This document shows, in pieces, positions 1 through 7,568 of a stretch of DNA of 41,005 nt (position 1 is the first letter of the stretch; every line of letters starts with the position of its first letter). The notes beneath the pieces are model-generated. The model was given only the letters and a program-made list of their open reading frames with translations. It made no database searches and was not told the DNA's origin. The translations under genes were made by a program, and so were the position numbers. The DNA comes from an uncultured Candidatus Peribacteria bacterium (GTDB taxonomy: Bacteria > Patescibacteriota > Gracilibacteria > Peribacterales > Peribacteraceae), in the NCBI GenBank assembly GCA_964478005.1, contig CAYZGJ010000002.1, forward strand, positions 1 through 41,005, in the 5' to 3' direction.

Positions 1-233
1 TCCTTCGCAATGGCCTGCTTTTCGACCACCGGTTCTTCGCGGTGGAGCTTCATGTCGACTTCCTTTTCGCCGAAATCGGCGTCCGTGACGCGCTCGTTGA
101 TGGGCTCGCGCTCGACGCGAGCGGTTTCCCGGCGGACGTCGTTGGGGTACGGCCATAGCGTGGAGTGGAGAATAGCAAAGAAAAAGACGAAGGTCACGGC
201 TGGATGCAGGGTGTTCCGTTTTCTCTGCCTCAT
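1..233 (-). CDS. DUF2382/YsnF-like protein with N-terminal TM helix (N-terminus in window, 3' end runs off the left edge)
   Basis: Not in the ORF track because there is no stop in the window. My minus-strand translation from ATG 233-231 gives MRQRKRNTLHPAVTFVFFFAILHSTLWPYPNDVRRETARVEREPINERVTDADFGEKEVDMKLHREEPVVEKQAIAKE. The VRRExxRVEREPI and LHxEEPVVEK motifs are typical of DUF2382. ATGA overlap with the upstream stop. Confidence 0.55.
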   Translation of the reverse strand, partial: MRQRKRNTLHPAVTFVFFFAILHSTLWPYPNDVRRETARVEREPINERVTDADFGEKEVDMKLHREEPVVEKQAIAK

Positions 234-544
234 TGGACGATCAGCAGGCCGATCGACTGTCGGAGATCGGGCAGTGTTTTCCGGAGCGCCTGAATCCGCA
301 CTTCGGCACCTTGTTGCCGGCACGCAAACAAGATGATATCCGTATCCGGATAGAAAGGAGCCAGTCCCATGAAATCCCCGTCATTTGTCAGTACGATGCG
401 TTGCTCCTGCAACGCTAACTGCAGGACATCACTATCCGCCATCTCCGGATCGGTATCACGCACCAGAAGCACATCATGCCCCTCCCCCTTCAAATAGGCA
501 GCAACGGAGAGGGGGACATTGTGATCAAGCAGGAAGCGACGCAT
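230..544 (-). CDS. PIN-like DUF5615 (Mut7-C-like) putative toxin
   Basis: Internal ATG of ORF 230..745. MRRFLLDHNVPLSVAAYLKGEGHDVLLVRDTDPEMADSDVLQLALQEQRIVLTNDGDF matches the DUF5615 pattern. Overlaps the upstream DUF433 gene by 20 nt. Confidence 0.75.
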   Translation of the reverse strand: MRRFLLDHNVPLSVAAYLKGEGHDVLLVRDTDPEMADSDVLQLALQEQRIVLTNDGDFMGLAPFYPDTDIILFACRQQGAEVRIQALRKTLPDLRQSIGLLIVQ

Positions 545-770
545 GGGGAGAATCCGACGGAAGGAAGTGCGTCCGTGAGAGAGCCTGATAGGCGAAATCC
601 ACCGCAGCGCGGATATCTTCAATTTGAATACCCAATTCCTCCATGATCTTCTCTTCACTCCATCCCTCTGCCAGGCAGGCCAGGACCTGCTCCACGCTGA
701 TGCGCGTCCCCCGGATGCGCGGCTTTCCGAAGAGTACCGTGCCATTGATGGCGATTCGCCTGTTCTTCAT
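525..770 (-). CDS. DUF433 putative antitoxin
   Basis: Internal ATG (770) of ORF 525..806. NGTVLFGKPRIRGTRISVEQVLACLAEGWSEEKIMEELGIQIEDIRAAVDFA is the canonical DUF433 core. Classic pairing with DUF5615. Confidence 0.75.
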   Translation of the reverse strand: MKNRRIAINGTVLFGKPRIRGTRISVEQVLACLAEGWSEEKIMEELGIQIEDIRAAVDFAYQALSRTHFLPSDSPHASLPA

Positions 771-888
771 TAGGGCGATCGTACTCCTTCTCCAAGGGAC
801 TTGCACGCTGAATTCCCCCTATTCTCGTCCTCTCCTTCCATCGCTACCCACGGCTGCGCCTCTTTCATTCTATGCCCGAACACATCGT

Positions 889-923
889 CATTGGACATTT
901 GAAATTTGGCATTTGTCATTTCA
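889..923. repeat. Heptamer tandem array, CATTKGA/CATTTGT family, 5 units
   Basis: cattgga|catttga|aatttgg|catttgt|catttca, read directly. Overlaps the stop of CDS 921..1382. Confidence 0.8.
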
Positions 924-1382
924 TCTCCTATACCCCGCCGCCTCCGCCTCCTCCGCCGTGGCAAAATAGACGCGATTCTGCGGGACGATGTTCTGTCCGC
1001 CGGCGGAATCGACGGGATAGTACTTCGTGCCTTTGGACGAAGCGACGAAGCGCATGCCGGGCGGAGCCATGACCGTGATGCGGTTGGTCAGGATACTGCG
1101 ATCCGCGATGGCAAAGCGCCCTTCGTCGTCGACGGGGATGATCGTCCCCCCGGCGCTCAGGCGCACGACGCCCTCCACGGACCCCACCAGCGCGCCGTTT
1201 GCGATGCCGTCGATGCGCACCACGGGCAGATCCGTCCCTTCATCCGCCACGATCGTGACGGGGGCGGGGCGGTATGCGCGGTACGCCGTCACCGTGGAGC
1301 CGAGCAATCCGCCGAAGAGGACGGACAAGAGGACCGTCAGCAGAGTGGACAGTGCCGTCGGATCCATGGGGGGCAGGCGCAT
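921..1382 (-). CDS. Hypothetical membrane-anchored protein; C-terminal motif resembles sunset/Ada-like metal-binding tails
   Basis: ORF track 153 aa. N-terminal TM helix (LSTLLTVLLSVLFGGLLG). C-terminus KYYPVDSAGGQNIVPQNRVYFATAEEAEAAGYRR. Confidence 0.6.
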   Translation of the reverse strand: MRLPPMDPTALSTLLTVLLSVLFGGLLGSTVTAYRAYRPAPVTIVADEGTDLPVVRIDGIANGALVGSVEGVVRLSAGGTIIPVDDEGRFAIADRSILTNRITVMAPPGMRFVASSKGTKYYPVDSAGGQNIVPQNRVYFATAEEAEAAGYRR

Positions 1383-1384
1383 GG

Positions 1385-1801
1385 TCAGGAGCCGGTCGCG
1401 GTCGAGAGGCCGGTGTCCGCGGGAGCCGGTGCGTCATTGAGCTCCACGGGCACGACGTCGAGGATGCGGTCCTCCGAGGCGCGGTAGAGGATGGCGCGCG
1501 TGGGCGTCACGACCAGGAAGTCGCCGTTCTCGGCCTTGTTGTAGAAGGCATTCTTCTCCCGCAGCACCGCCACATCCACGATGGCGGCCACCGTCGGCTC
1601 GCTGCCATCATCGATGACCATGTGCGTCCGCACCTTCTCCACGATGGTCCGTGCCTGCTCGCGGCTCTCCTCGCCCCCCTGCTGCATCAGCTGCGTGAGA
1701 TCCCGTACCTGCACCTGCGCCTGTCGCCGCTGCACGTCGCTGATGACCACGAGTGCGACCAGGACGACGATGAGGATGGGGAAGAGGATGTGGGGACGCA
1801 T
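1385..1801 (-). CDS. Hypothetical membrane-anchored protein
   Basis: ATG at 1801 within ORF 1385..1864 (MRPHILFPILIVVLVALVVISD...). The longer ORF N-terminus is encoded by the repeat array and is unlikely to be real. Confidence 0.6.
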   Translation of the reverse strand: MRPHILFPILIVVLVALVVISDVQRRQAQVQVRDLTQLMQQGGEESREQARTIVEKVRTHMVIDDGSEPTVAAIVDVAVLREKNAFYNKAENGDFLVVTPTRAILYRASEDRILDVVPVELNDAPAPADTGLSTATGS

Positions 1802-1805
1802 AGAC

Positions 1806-1894
1806 GAATGAATAATGGATAATGAATAATTGATAATGGGAATGAACCGTATCCACTCAATCATTATCCATTATCCATTGTCCATTGTCCATTT
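1806..1894. repeat. Inverted pair of heptamer arrays (AATGRAT / ATTATCC family) forming an intercistronic hairpin
   Basis: Left arm 1806-1840 gaatgaataatggataatgaataattgataatggg. Right arm 1861-1894 tcattatccattatccattgtccattgtccattt. The arms are imperfect reverse complements with a 20-nt loop. Confidence 0.8.
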
Positions 1895-2363
1895 CCAGAA
1901 ACCATCCCTCCCCCACCGCCGCCGTCCGCGCTTCGCCGCGGTTGACTTCCAGTGCGTAGCGGGCGGCACCCAACGAGAGCGTCGTCGGACAGGGATCTGC
2001 GTCGCAGGGTTCCATCGTGGCGCGCGACACGAAGCGCCCCGCCGGGTCGAAGAAGAGGATGTCGAGCGGGATCAGCGTGTTCTTCATCCAGAAGGACCGC
2101 TCCGCGTCATCGGGGAAGACGAAGAGCATGCCGGCGCCCGCGGGCAGAGCGGACCGGAACATCAATCCCGCCTGCCGCTCCCCGGGGTCATCGGCGATCT
2201 CCACCGCAATCGTGACGCGCTCCCCCGCCGGCCCCGTCAGCACGACGACGCCCTCCCGGAGAACGGTCTCCACGGAAGAAAGGCGCAGGACGGAGAGGCC
2301 CAGGAGGACGATCAGGAAGACAAGGAGGACGATGATGGCAAGGTTCTGCGAGGAGCTCGTCAT
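1857..2363 (-). CDS. DUF192 (COG1430) domain protein with N-terminal TM helix
   Basis: ATG 2363 in ORF 1857..2456. GLMFRSALPAGAGMLFVFPDDAERSFWMKNTLIPLDILFFD is the DUF192 core. ATGA overlap with the rpe stop. The last 12 codons (EMDNGQWIMDND) are encoded by the heptamer array. Confidence 0.8.
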   Translation of the reverse strand: MTSSSQNLAIIVLLVFLIVLLGLSVLRLSSVETVLREGVVVLTGPAGERVTIAVEIADDPGERQAGLMFRSALPAGAGMLFVFPDDAERSFWMKNTLIPLDILFFDPAGRFVSRATMEPCDADPCPTTLSLGAARYALEVNRGEARTAAVGEGWFLEMDNGQWIMDND

Positions 2364-2995
2364 GCGGCGCGGAGGGAAGCGATGGCGGCTGCGCGATCCT
2401 CTGCGGCAAAGATGGAACTGCCGGCCACCAGATTGTTCGCTCCTGCTCCGATGCACTCCCGCGCCGTCTCTGCGTTGACCCCGCCGTCGACCTGGATCAT
2501 GAGATCGGGGAAACGCGCGCGCAGAGCCCTCACCGTATCCAGGGCGTCTGCGATGAACTTCTGCCCGCCGAATCCCGGCTGCACGGTCATGACCAGGACC
2601 AGATCGACCTCCGTCACGACGTCCGCAATCGCGTCGGGCGGCGTCCCGGGATTCAACGCGATGCCCGCCGTTGCGCCCCCCTCACGAATGGCTTTCAGCA
2701 GGGCTCTTCTCGAATCCGTTGCCGCAACGGTTTCCGCGTGGAACGTGATGTGCTTCGCGCCGACCGCCAGGAATTCCGCGATGCGATCGGCGGGGTTCGT
2801 GACCATCAGATGGACATCCAGCAGCAGGTCCGTCCGCAGCGTCCGGAGCACGGGAGCGCCGAAGCTGAGATTGGGGACGAAGTGCCCGTCCATGACGTCG
2901 GCCTGCAGCCAGTCGGCGGACGCGACGGAATCGACCTCCTCCTGCAGCCGTCCGAAATCCGCCGAGAGGATGGAAGGGGCGATCAGAATGCTCAT
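2360..2995 (-). CDS. rpe: Ribulose-phosphate 3-epimerase
   Basis: MSILIAPSILSADFGRLQEEV...DVMDGHFVPNLSFG...HLMV...FHAE...MTVQPGFGGQKF are hallmark Rpe motifs. Confidence 0.93.
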   Translation of the reverse strand: MSILIAPSILSADFGRLQEEVDSVASADWLQADVMDGHFVPNLSFGAPVLRTLRTDLLLDVHLMVTNPADRIAEFLAVGAKHITFHAETVAATDSRRALLKAIREGGATAGIALNPGTPPDAIADVVTEVDLVLVMTVQPGFGGQKFIADALDTVRALRARFPDLMIQVDGGVNAETARECIGAGANNLVAGSSIFAAEDRAAAIASLRAA

Positions 2996-3447
2996 GAAGG
3001 AATCGGGGTATCGAGATCGTCCACGCGCGCCTGATGGCGTCCGCCTTCAAACGGCGTTTCCAGGAAGATGTCGGCCATGCGGCAGGCAAGGACCGGGTCG
3101 GTGAAGCGCCCGCCCATCGCGCAGACGTTGGCGTCGTTATGGAAGCGGGCGAAATAGGTGATCTCCTCGCCGGTGCAGAGCGCCGCGCGGATGCCGCGGA
3201 CCTTGTTGGCGGCCATCTGCTCCCCGTTGCCGCTCCCGCCGAAGACGAATCCGGGCATCCTCTGCTCCAGCACGACCGCGCAGGCCTTGCGGACGATCGG
3301 CGGGTAGTCGACGGGCTCCACGTCGAACGTGCCGACGTCGATGACGTCGATCCCGCGCCCCTGCAGGTGCTGCTTCACCGCCTCCTTCAGCGTGAAGCCG
3401 GCATGGTCGGATCCGAGGACGACACGGGTGATCTGCATCGGCCCCAT
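2992..3447 (-). CDS. rpiB: Ribose-5-phosphate isomerase B (RpiB/LacAB family)
   Basis: VVLGSDHAGFTLKEAVKQHL...GGSGNGEQMAANKVRGIRAA...HNDANVCAMGGR. Alternative ATG at 3438. ATGA overlap with rpe. Confidence 0.9.
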   Translation of the reverse strand: MGPMQITRVVLGSDHAGFTLKEAVKQHLQGRGIDVIDVGTFDVEPVDYPPIVRKACAVVLEQRMPGFVFGGSGNGEQMAANKVRGIRAALCTGEEITYFARFHNDANVCAMGGRFTDPVLACRMADIFLETPFEGGRHQARVDDLDTPIPS

Positions 3448-3485
3448 GGTACGCGCATCGCGCTCGCATCGGAAGAGATCGCTGG

Positions 3486-3491
3486 TATGCT
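3486..3491 (+). promoter_or_regulatory. Possible -10 box (TATGCT) placing the TSS at or next to the tpiA ATG (leaderless configuration)
   Basis: tatgct-ggatgc-ATG, with 6 nt between the hexamer and ATG 3498. The -35 region is weak (ctcgca). Confidence 0.25.
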
Positions 3492-3497
3492 GGATGC

Positions 3498-4271
3498 ATG
3501 CCTGACCGCCGCCCCCTCATCGCCGCGAATTGGAAAATGTATGCCCCGCCGGACGGATGGGACGCCGACGATTCGCCGTATCATTCCACCAAAGACGTCG
3601 ACGTCATCGTCTTTCCCACGATGCTCGATCTCGTCGCCTGCATGAGAGAGGAACTGATCACCGGAGCGCAGTGCGGCCGGGCTGAGGAAGCGGGCGCCTT
3701 CACCGGCGATGTCTCCATGCGGATGCTCGCGCACATCGGCTGCAGCCACGTCCTCTGCGGCCACTCCGATCGGAGAGCGTTCCATGGCGAAACCGATGCG
3801 GACATCGCCAAGCAAGTCGTCGCCGCGCTGGAGGCGGAGATGATCCCGATCCTGTGCATCGGCGAAACAGGAGAAGAACGGAAAGCGGGACGATCCGAAG
3901 AAGTCATCAGAAGGCAACTGGAAGCAGTGCTGACGGAAATGCAACATGCACAATGCAACATGCAACATGATGGATTCGTCATTGCATATGAACCTGTCTG
4001 GGCCATCAGCCGCGGCGATCCGTCGACTCCCTCCGCGACGCCCGAAGAAGCGCAGCGCATGCATGCCTTCATCCGCGCAACGCTCACATCTCACCACTCA
4101 CATCTCACATCCGTCCGCCTTCTCTACGGCGGCTCGATGAACGCCGACAACGCCGCCGCCCTGCTCGCACAACCGGACATCGACGGCGGACTCGTCGGTG
4201 GCGCATCCCTCAATCCAAAGGAGTTCCAATCGATTGTGGACGCCGCCGCATCGGCGTACGGTGGGCATTAG
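3498..4271 (+). CDS. tpiA: Triosephosphate isomerase
   Basis: IAANWKM, CGHSDRR, IAYEPVWAI, YGGS and VGGASL motifs. Confidence 0.93.
   Translation: MPDRRPLIAANWKMYAPPDGWDADDSPYHSTKDVDVIVFPTMLDLVACMREELITGAQCGRAEEAGAFTGDVSMRMLAHIGCSHVLCGHSDRRAFHGETDADIAKQVVAALEAEMIPILCIGETGEERKAGRSEEVIRRQLEAVLTEMQHAQCNMQHDGFVIAYEPVWAISRGDPSTPSATPEEAQRMHAFIRATLTSHHSHLTSVRLLYGGSMNADNAAALLAQPDIDGGLVGGASLNPKEFQSIVDAAASAYGGH
3939..3966 (+). repeat. In-frame heptamer array (ATGCAAC x4) inside tpiA
   Basis: atgcaac|atgcaca|atgcaac|atgcaac encodes ...EMQHAQCNMQH... in the variable loop before IAYEPVWAI. Confidence 0.85.
4083..4110 (+). repeat. In-frame heptamer array (CTCACAT x4) inside tpiA
   Basis: ctcacat|ctcacca|ctcacat|ctcacat encodes ...LTSHHSHLTS... 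in the variable segment before YGGS. Confidence 0.85.
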
Positions 4272-4299
4272 TCATTATCAATTATCCATTATCCATTCC
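4272..4299 (+). repeat. Heptamer array (CATTATC/ATTATCC family, 4 units) filling the tpiA-SPFH spacer
   Basis: tcattat|caattat|ccattat|ccattcc, followed by tccc-ATG (4304). Confidence 0.8.
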
Positions 4300-4303
4300 T
4301 CCC

Positions 4304-5059
4304 ATGCCCTTCCTCCCCACCCTCTTCCTCCTCGGCCTCCCCCTCCTCATCCTCATCCTGCTCCTCATCCGCCAGGTGGACCAGTACGAGCGGGGCATCG
4401 TCCTCACCATGGGGAAATTCTCGACCATCTGGCAGCCGGGCTGGCACATCATCATTCCCGTCTTCCAGCGGCTGATCAAAGTAGACGTCCGCGTGAAGGC
4501 CGTCGACGTGCCGGATCAGGAAGCCATCACCAAGGACAACATTCCCGTCCGCATCAACGCCGTCATCTACTACCGCGTGCAGGATGCTGCGAAAGCGGTG
4601 ATCGACGTGGAAGACTTCTTCTTCGCCGTCTCGCAGCTGGCGCAGACGACCATGCGCAATGCGGTGGGCGAAGTGACGCTGGATGAACTGCTCGCGCAGA
4701 AGAAGGACGTCAGCGAGCGCATCAAGCAGGTGGTGGACAGCGTCTCCGACGCGTGGGGCATCGACGTGCACTCGGTGGAGCTCAAGGACATCATCCTGCC
4801 CGAGAGCCTCAAGCGGACGATCGCCAAGGTGGCGGAAGCCGAACGCGAGAAGCGCGCGGTCATCATCAACTCCGAGGGCGAAGTGCTGGCCGCGGAGAAC
4901 ATGGCCAAGGCCGCCCACACCCTGGCCGCCTCCCCCGGCGCGCTGCACCTGCGCACGCTCCAGAGCATCAACGACTTAAGCTCGGATCAATCCAACACGA
5001 CCGTGTGGATGATTCCCGTGGAAGTGCTGAAGGCGCTGGAGGGGCTCGCCAAGAAATAG
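4304..5059 (+). CDS. SPFH/Band-7 (stomatin/prohibitin-like) membrane protein
   Basis: N-terminal TM helix, then QYERGIVLTMGKF...ITKDNIPVRINAVIYYRV...RNAVGEVTLDELL...WGIDVHSVELKDIILPESL. Typical SPFH domain. Confidence 0.9.
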   Translation: MPFLPTLFLLGLPLLILILLLIRQVDQYERGIVLTMGKFSTIWQPGWHIIIPVFQRLIKVDVRVKAVDVPDQEAITKDNIPVRINAVIYYRVQDAAKAVIDVEDFFFAVSQLAQTTMRNAVGEVTLDELLAQKKDVSERIKQVVDSVSDAWGIDVHSVELKDIILPESLKRTIAKVAEAEREKRAVIINSEGEVLAAENMAKAAHTLAASPGALHLRTLQSINDLSSDQSNTTVWMIPVEVLKALEGLAKK

Positions 5060-5077
5060 TCCGCACATTTCCCGAGC

Positions 5078-5108
5078 AAAAAAACGACACCGCCCGGTGT
5101 CGTTTTTG
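5078..5108. terminator. Bidirectional rho-independent terminator
   Basis: aaaaaaACGACACCgcccGGTGTCGTtttt. An 8-bp GC-rich stem flanked by an A-run and a T-run, between convergent genes. Confidence 0.8.
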
Positions 5109-5125
5109 TAGAATTGTCTTCCCTT

Positions 5126-6019
5126 TTAGGCCGCCGCCGAGGCCGCCGTTCGCGGATTCTCCATGACGGTGAGCGCGAGGCGGACGCCGAAGAGAATGGC
5201 GAACGCGCTGATGAGTTGCTGCACGACGCTGATGCCCCAGAGCGCAACCACATCGGCGGTGAACGCGCCGATTACGCCCAGCAGGATGTTCAGGACGAAT
5301 GCGACCGCCGTGAGGATGATCATCAGCACGATGCCGTTGCCCATGATCTTGGCCCAGTAGCCGCGCGTGGCTCCGTAGCTCAAGCGCGCGCTCTCCAGGA
5401 TGCCCTTGCCGTCCCGCACGAGGTAGACGAGGGATGCGATGAAGCGGGGACCGAGGATGACGGCGGGGATGATGCCGATGATCGGAATCCAGATGAACGA
5501 ACGCAGCGTGATCCAGATCATAAGGCCGAGCATGGGGAGAAAGAGGCCGGGCGTCTGCCGCCCGATCATGACCGGATCGGCGGTGCCGCGCAGCGCGAGA
5601 ATGGAGAAGTACGTGAGGGAGAGCGCGCCCAAGAGAAAGCTGAGGAGTGCGCCGAGGCCCAGAGCCGGCAGCATGCCTGCGAACGATCCCAGGATATTCT
5701 CCCGGAAGAATGCCGCCTGCTGATCCTCCGTCATGCCCTCCAGGTTCTGGTTGAACCCTTCGAGTCCGGCCATCATCTCCCGCACCGCATCTTCATCGCC
5801 CGCTTCGATGCGCCTGCCCAGCTCTTCCATCCGAGCGGTATCGAGACCCAGGCCATCCATGAAGGTGTCGGCGCCGCGCTGCGCTTCATTGATCAGCCCT
5901 GCCTGGACGATCGCCAGGAGGGAACCGAAGACCAGTGCGCCGATGAGGATGGGAACGAGGCCCGCGCGGAAGCGGGACCAGCTCTGCGAGAGAAGAGAAC
6001 CGAGAGGCGTGGCAGCCAT
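5126..6019 (-). CDS. Hypothetical multi-pass integral membrane protein
   Basis: ATG 6019 in ORF 5126..6058 (MAATPLGSLLSQSWSRF...). Several hydrophobic helices. No family recognised. Confidence 0.65.
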   Translation of the reverse strand: MAATPLGSLLSQSWSRFRAGLVPILIGALVFGSLLAIVQAGLINEAQRGADTFMDGLGLDTARMEELGRRIEAGDEDAVREMMAGLEGFNQNLEGMTEDQQAAFFRENILGSFAGMLPALGLGALLSFLLGALSLTYFSILALRGTADPVMIGRQTPGLFLPMLGLMIWITLRSFIWIPIIGIIPAVILGPRFIASLVYLVRDGKGILESARLSYGATRGYWAKIMGNGIVLMIILTAVAFVLNILLGVIGAFTADVVALWGISVVQQLISAFAILFGVRLALTVMENPRTAASAAA

Positions 6020-6116
6020 GGGAAGGTGGGGGGAAGGAAATCCACGGCAGCGTACCAAATCCCGTTCACAGCAGAAAGAGCGGAAAGGTTCATTGTATGC
6101 ATGGTGATGTATGAAG

Positions 6117-6192
6117 TGGAGCCGCCGACCGGATTCGAACCGGTGACCCTGGGTTTACGATACCCATGCTCTACCAGCTGAGCTACGGCGGC
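6117..6192 (-). tRNA. tRNA-Thr (anticodon CGU), CCA encoded
   Basis: Reverse complement folds as a cloverleaf: GCCGCCG-TA-GCTC-AGCTGGTA-GAGC-A-TGGGT-ATCGTAA-ACCCA-GGGTC-ACCGG-TTCGAAT-CCGGT-CGGCGGC-T-CCA. Confidence 0.93.
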
Positions 6193-6245
6193 CCGTTGAG
6201 TTCTTGGCGATGAAGAAGGAACGAAGGATGCAACCAGCTGCCTGT

Positions 6246-6291
6246 CCGCCGTAGTCAGCCCGCGGCTGACGAAGGTGGAAGCTACGGCGGC
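6246..6291. other. Nested hairpin built from inverted and direct copies of the tRNA-Thr 5' end
   Basis: CCGCCGTAG (6246-6254) pairs with CTACGGCGG (6282-6290). Inner stem gtcagcc-cgc-ggctgac. The 12-mer agctacggcggc occurs at both 6181-6192 and 6280-6291. Confidence 0.5.
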
Positions 6292-6430
6292 ACATTGAAT
6301 GGAATGCTGGCGTTCTATGAACGAAAAGAACGGCGAAAGGGGCTCCATTGTGGGCAAAAGGAGGCACGGGGGCAAGTCTTTTCTCTCTCCCCCCCCTCGC
6401 GGCACGCCCCGGGGCCGATACGATGGCTCC

Positions 6431-7510
6431 ATGCAGCCGCACAACGCTCTCCTCTGGTGGTGGTTGGGGATCCTGGATTTTCGCCGCTACGAGCTGCTCC
6501 AGCAGTACTTCGGCGATCTGGACACCGCGATCGAAGAACTCTCGCCCGAGGTCTTGCGCGGCCTCAAGCTGCGCCCGGATACCGCAGACCGCGTGCTGGC
6601 CCGGCGGGAGGCGTTTGATCCGCACAGGTATCAGCAGGAAATGGACCGGCGCGGTGTGCGGCTGGTCTCCATCGAGGACGAGGAATACCCGCCGCTCCTG
6701 CGGGAGATCGGGGATCCGCCGGTGTTCCTCTCCGGCCGGGGCGATTGGTCGCTGCTGTGCCGCCCCCTCATCGCACTCGTCGGGACGCGGGCGATGACGT
6801 CGTACGGGAGGCGCGTGGTGGAGGCGTTCGTGCCGCCGCTGGCGCGGGCGGGGTTCGTGACGGTGAGCGGGCTGGCACTGGGCATCGATGCCGCGGTGGC
6901 GCGACAGAGTCTCGCCCATGACGGACCGACCATTGCGGTGCTGGGCAACGGGCTGGGGTCCGTCTACCCCCCGGAGAACCGCGACCTGGCGGACGACATC
7001 CTGCAGGCTGGAGGATTGCTCATCAGCGAGTTTCCGCTGGAAGCGGTGCCGGGCAAGTACACGTTCCCCTCGCGCAACCGCATCATCGCGGGCCTGTGTC
7101 CCGGAACAGTGGTCTGCGAAGCGCCTGCGCAAAGCGGCGCGGTGATCACGGCGGAACTGGCGCTCGAATACGGGCGGGAGGTCTTCGCGGTGCCGGGTGT
7201 GATCTTCGACGAGATGCGGGCGGGCTGTCATGCGCTCATTGCGAAAGGAGAAGCGCGGCTCGTCTCCTCGGCTGCCGACCTGCTGCGGGAGCTGGGCGCC
7301 GCGCCGGCCGCGGAGCAGCCCGTGCTCTACGCGCCGACGGATCCGCACGAAAAGCTCCTCTACGCCGTTCTCTCCGCCCTCCCGCAATCCCTGGATGATC
7401 TGGCCGAACAGACGGATCTGGATGCAGCGCAGATCGGGGTGGCGCTGACCATGATGGAACTCGCCGGCGGCGCGCGGAACGTGGGCGGCGGGCAGTGGGT
7501 GCGCTCCTAA
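6431..7510 (+). CDS. dprA: DNA-processing protein DprA/Smf
   Basis: ATG 6431 in ORF 6299..7510. VGTRAMTSYG...VSGLALGIDAAVARQSL...IAVLGNGLGSVYPPEN...FPSRNRIIAGL...VCEAPAQSGAVITAELALEYGREVFAVPG. Confidence 0.9.
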   Translation: MQPHNALLWWWLGILDFRRYELLQQYFGDLDTAIEELSPEVLRGLKLRPDTADRVLARREAFDPHRYQQEMDRRGVRLVSIEDEEYPPLLREIGDPPVFLSGRGDWSLLCRPLIALVGTRAMTSYGRRVVEAFVPPLARAGFVTVSGLALGIDAAVARQSLAHDGPTIAVLGNGLGSVYPPENRDLADDILQAGGLLISEFPLEAVPGKYTFPSRNRIIAGLCPGTVVCEAPAQSGAVITAELALEYGREVFAVPGVIFDEMRAGCHALIAKGEARLVSSAADLLRELGAAPAAEQPVLYAPTDPHEKLLYAVLSALPQSLDDLAEQTDLDAAQIGVALTMMELAGGARNVGGGQWVRS

Positions 7511-7516
7511 CGCCCA

Positions 7517-7548
7517 ACCGGCCCCATCGCTTTCGCGACGGGGCCGGT
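7517..7548. terminator. Terminator-like GC-rich hairpin between convergent genes
   Basis: ACCGGCCCC-(14 nt)-GGGGCCGGT, a 9-bp stem. No clear T-run. Confidence 0.45.
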
Positions 7549-7568
7549 GCTTCGACCGATGATTGTTC

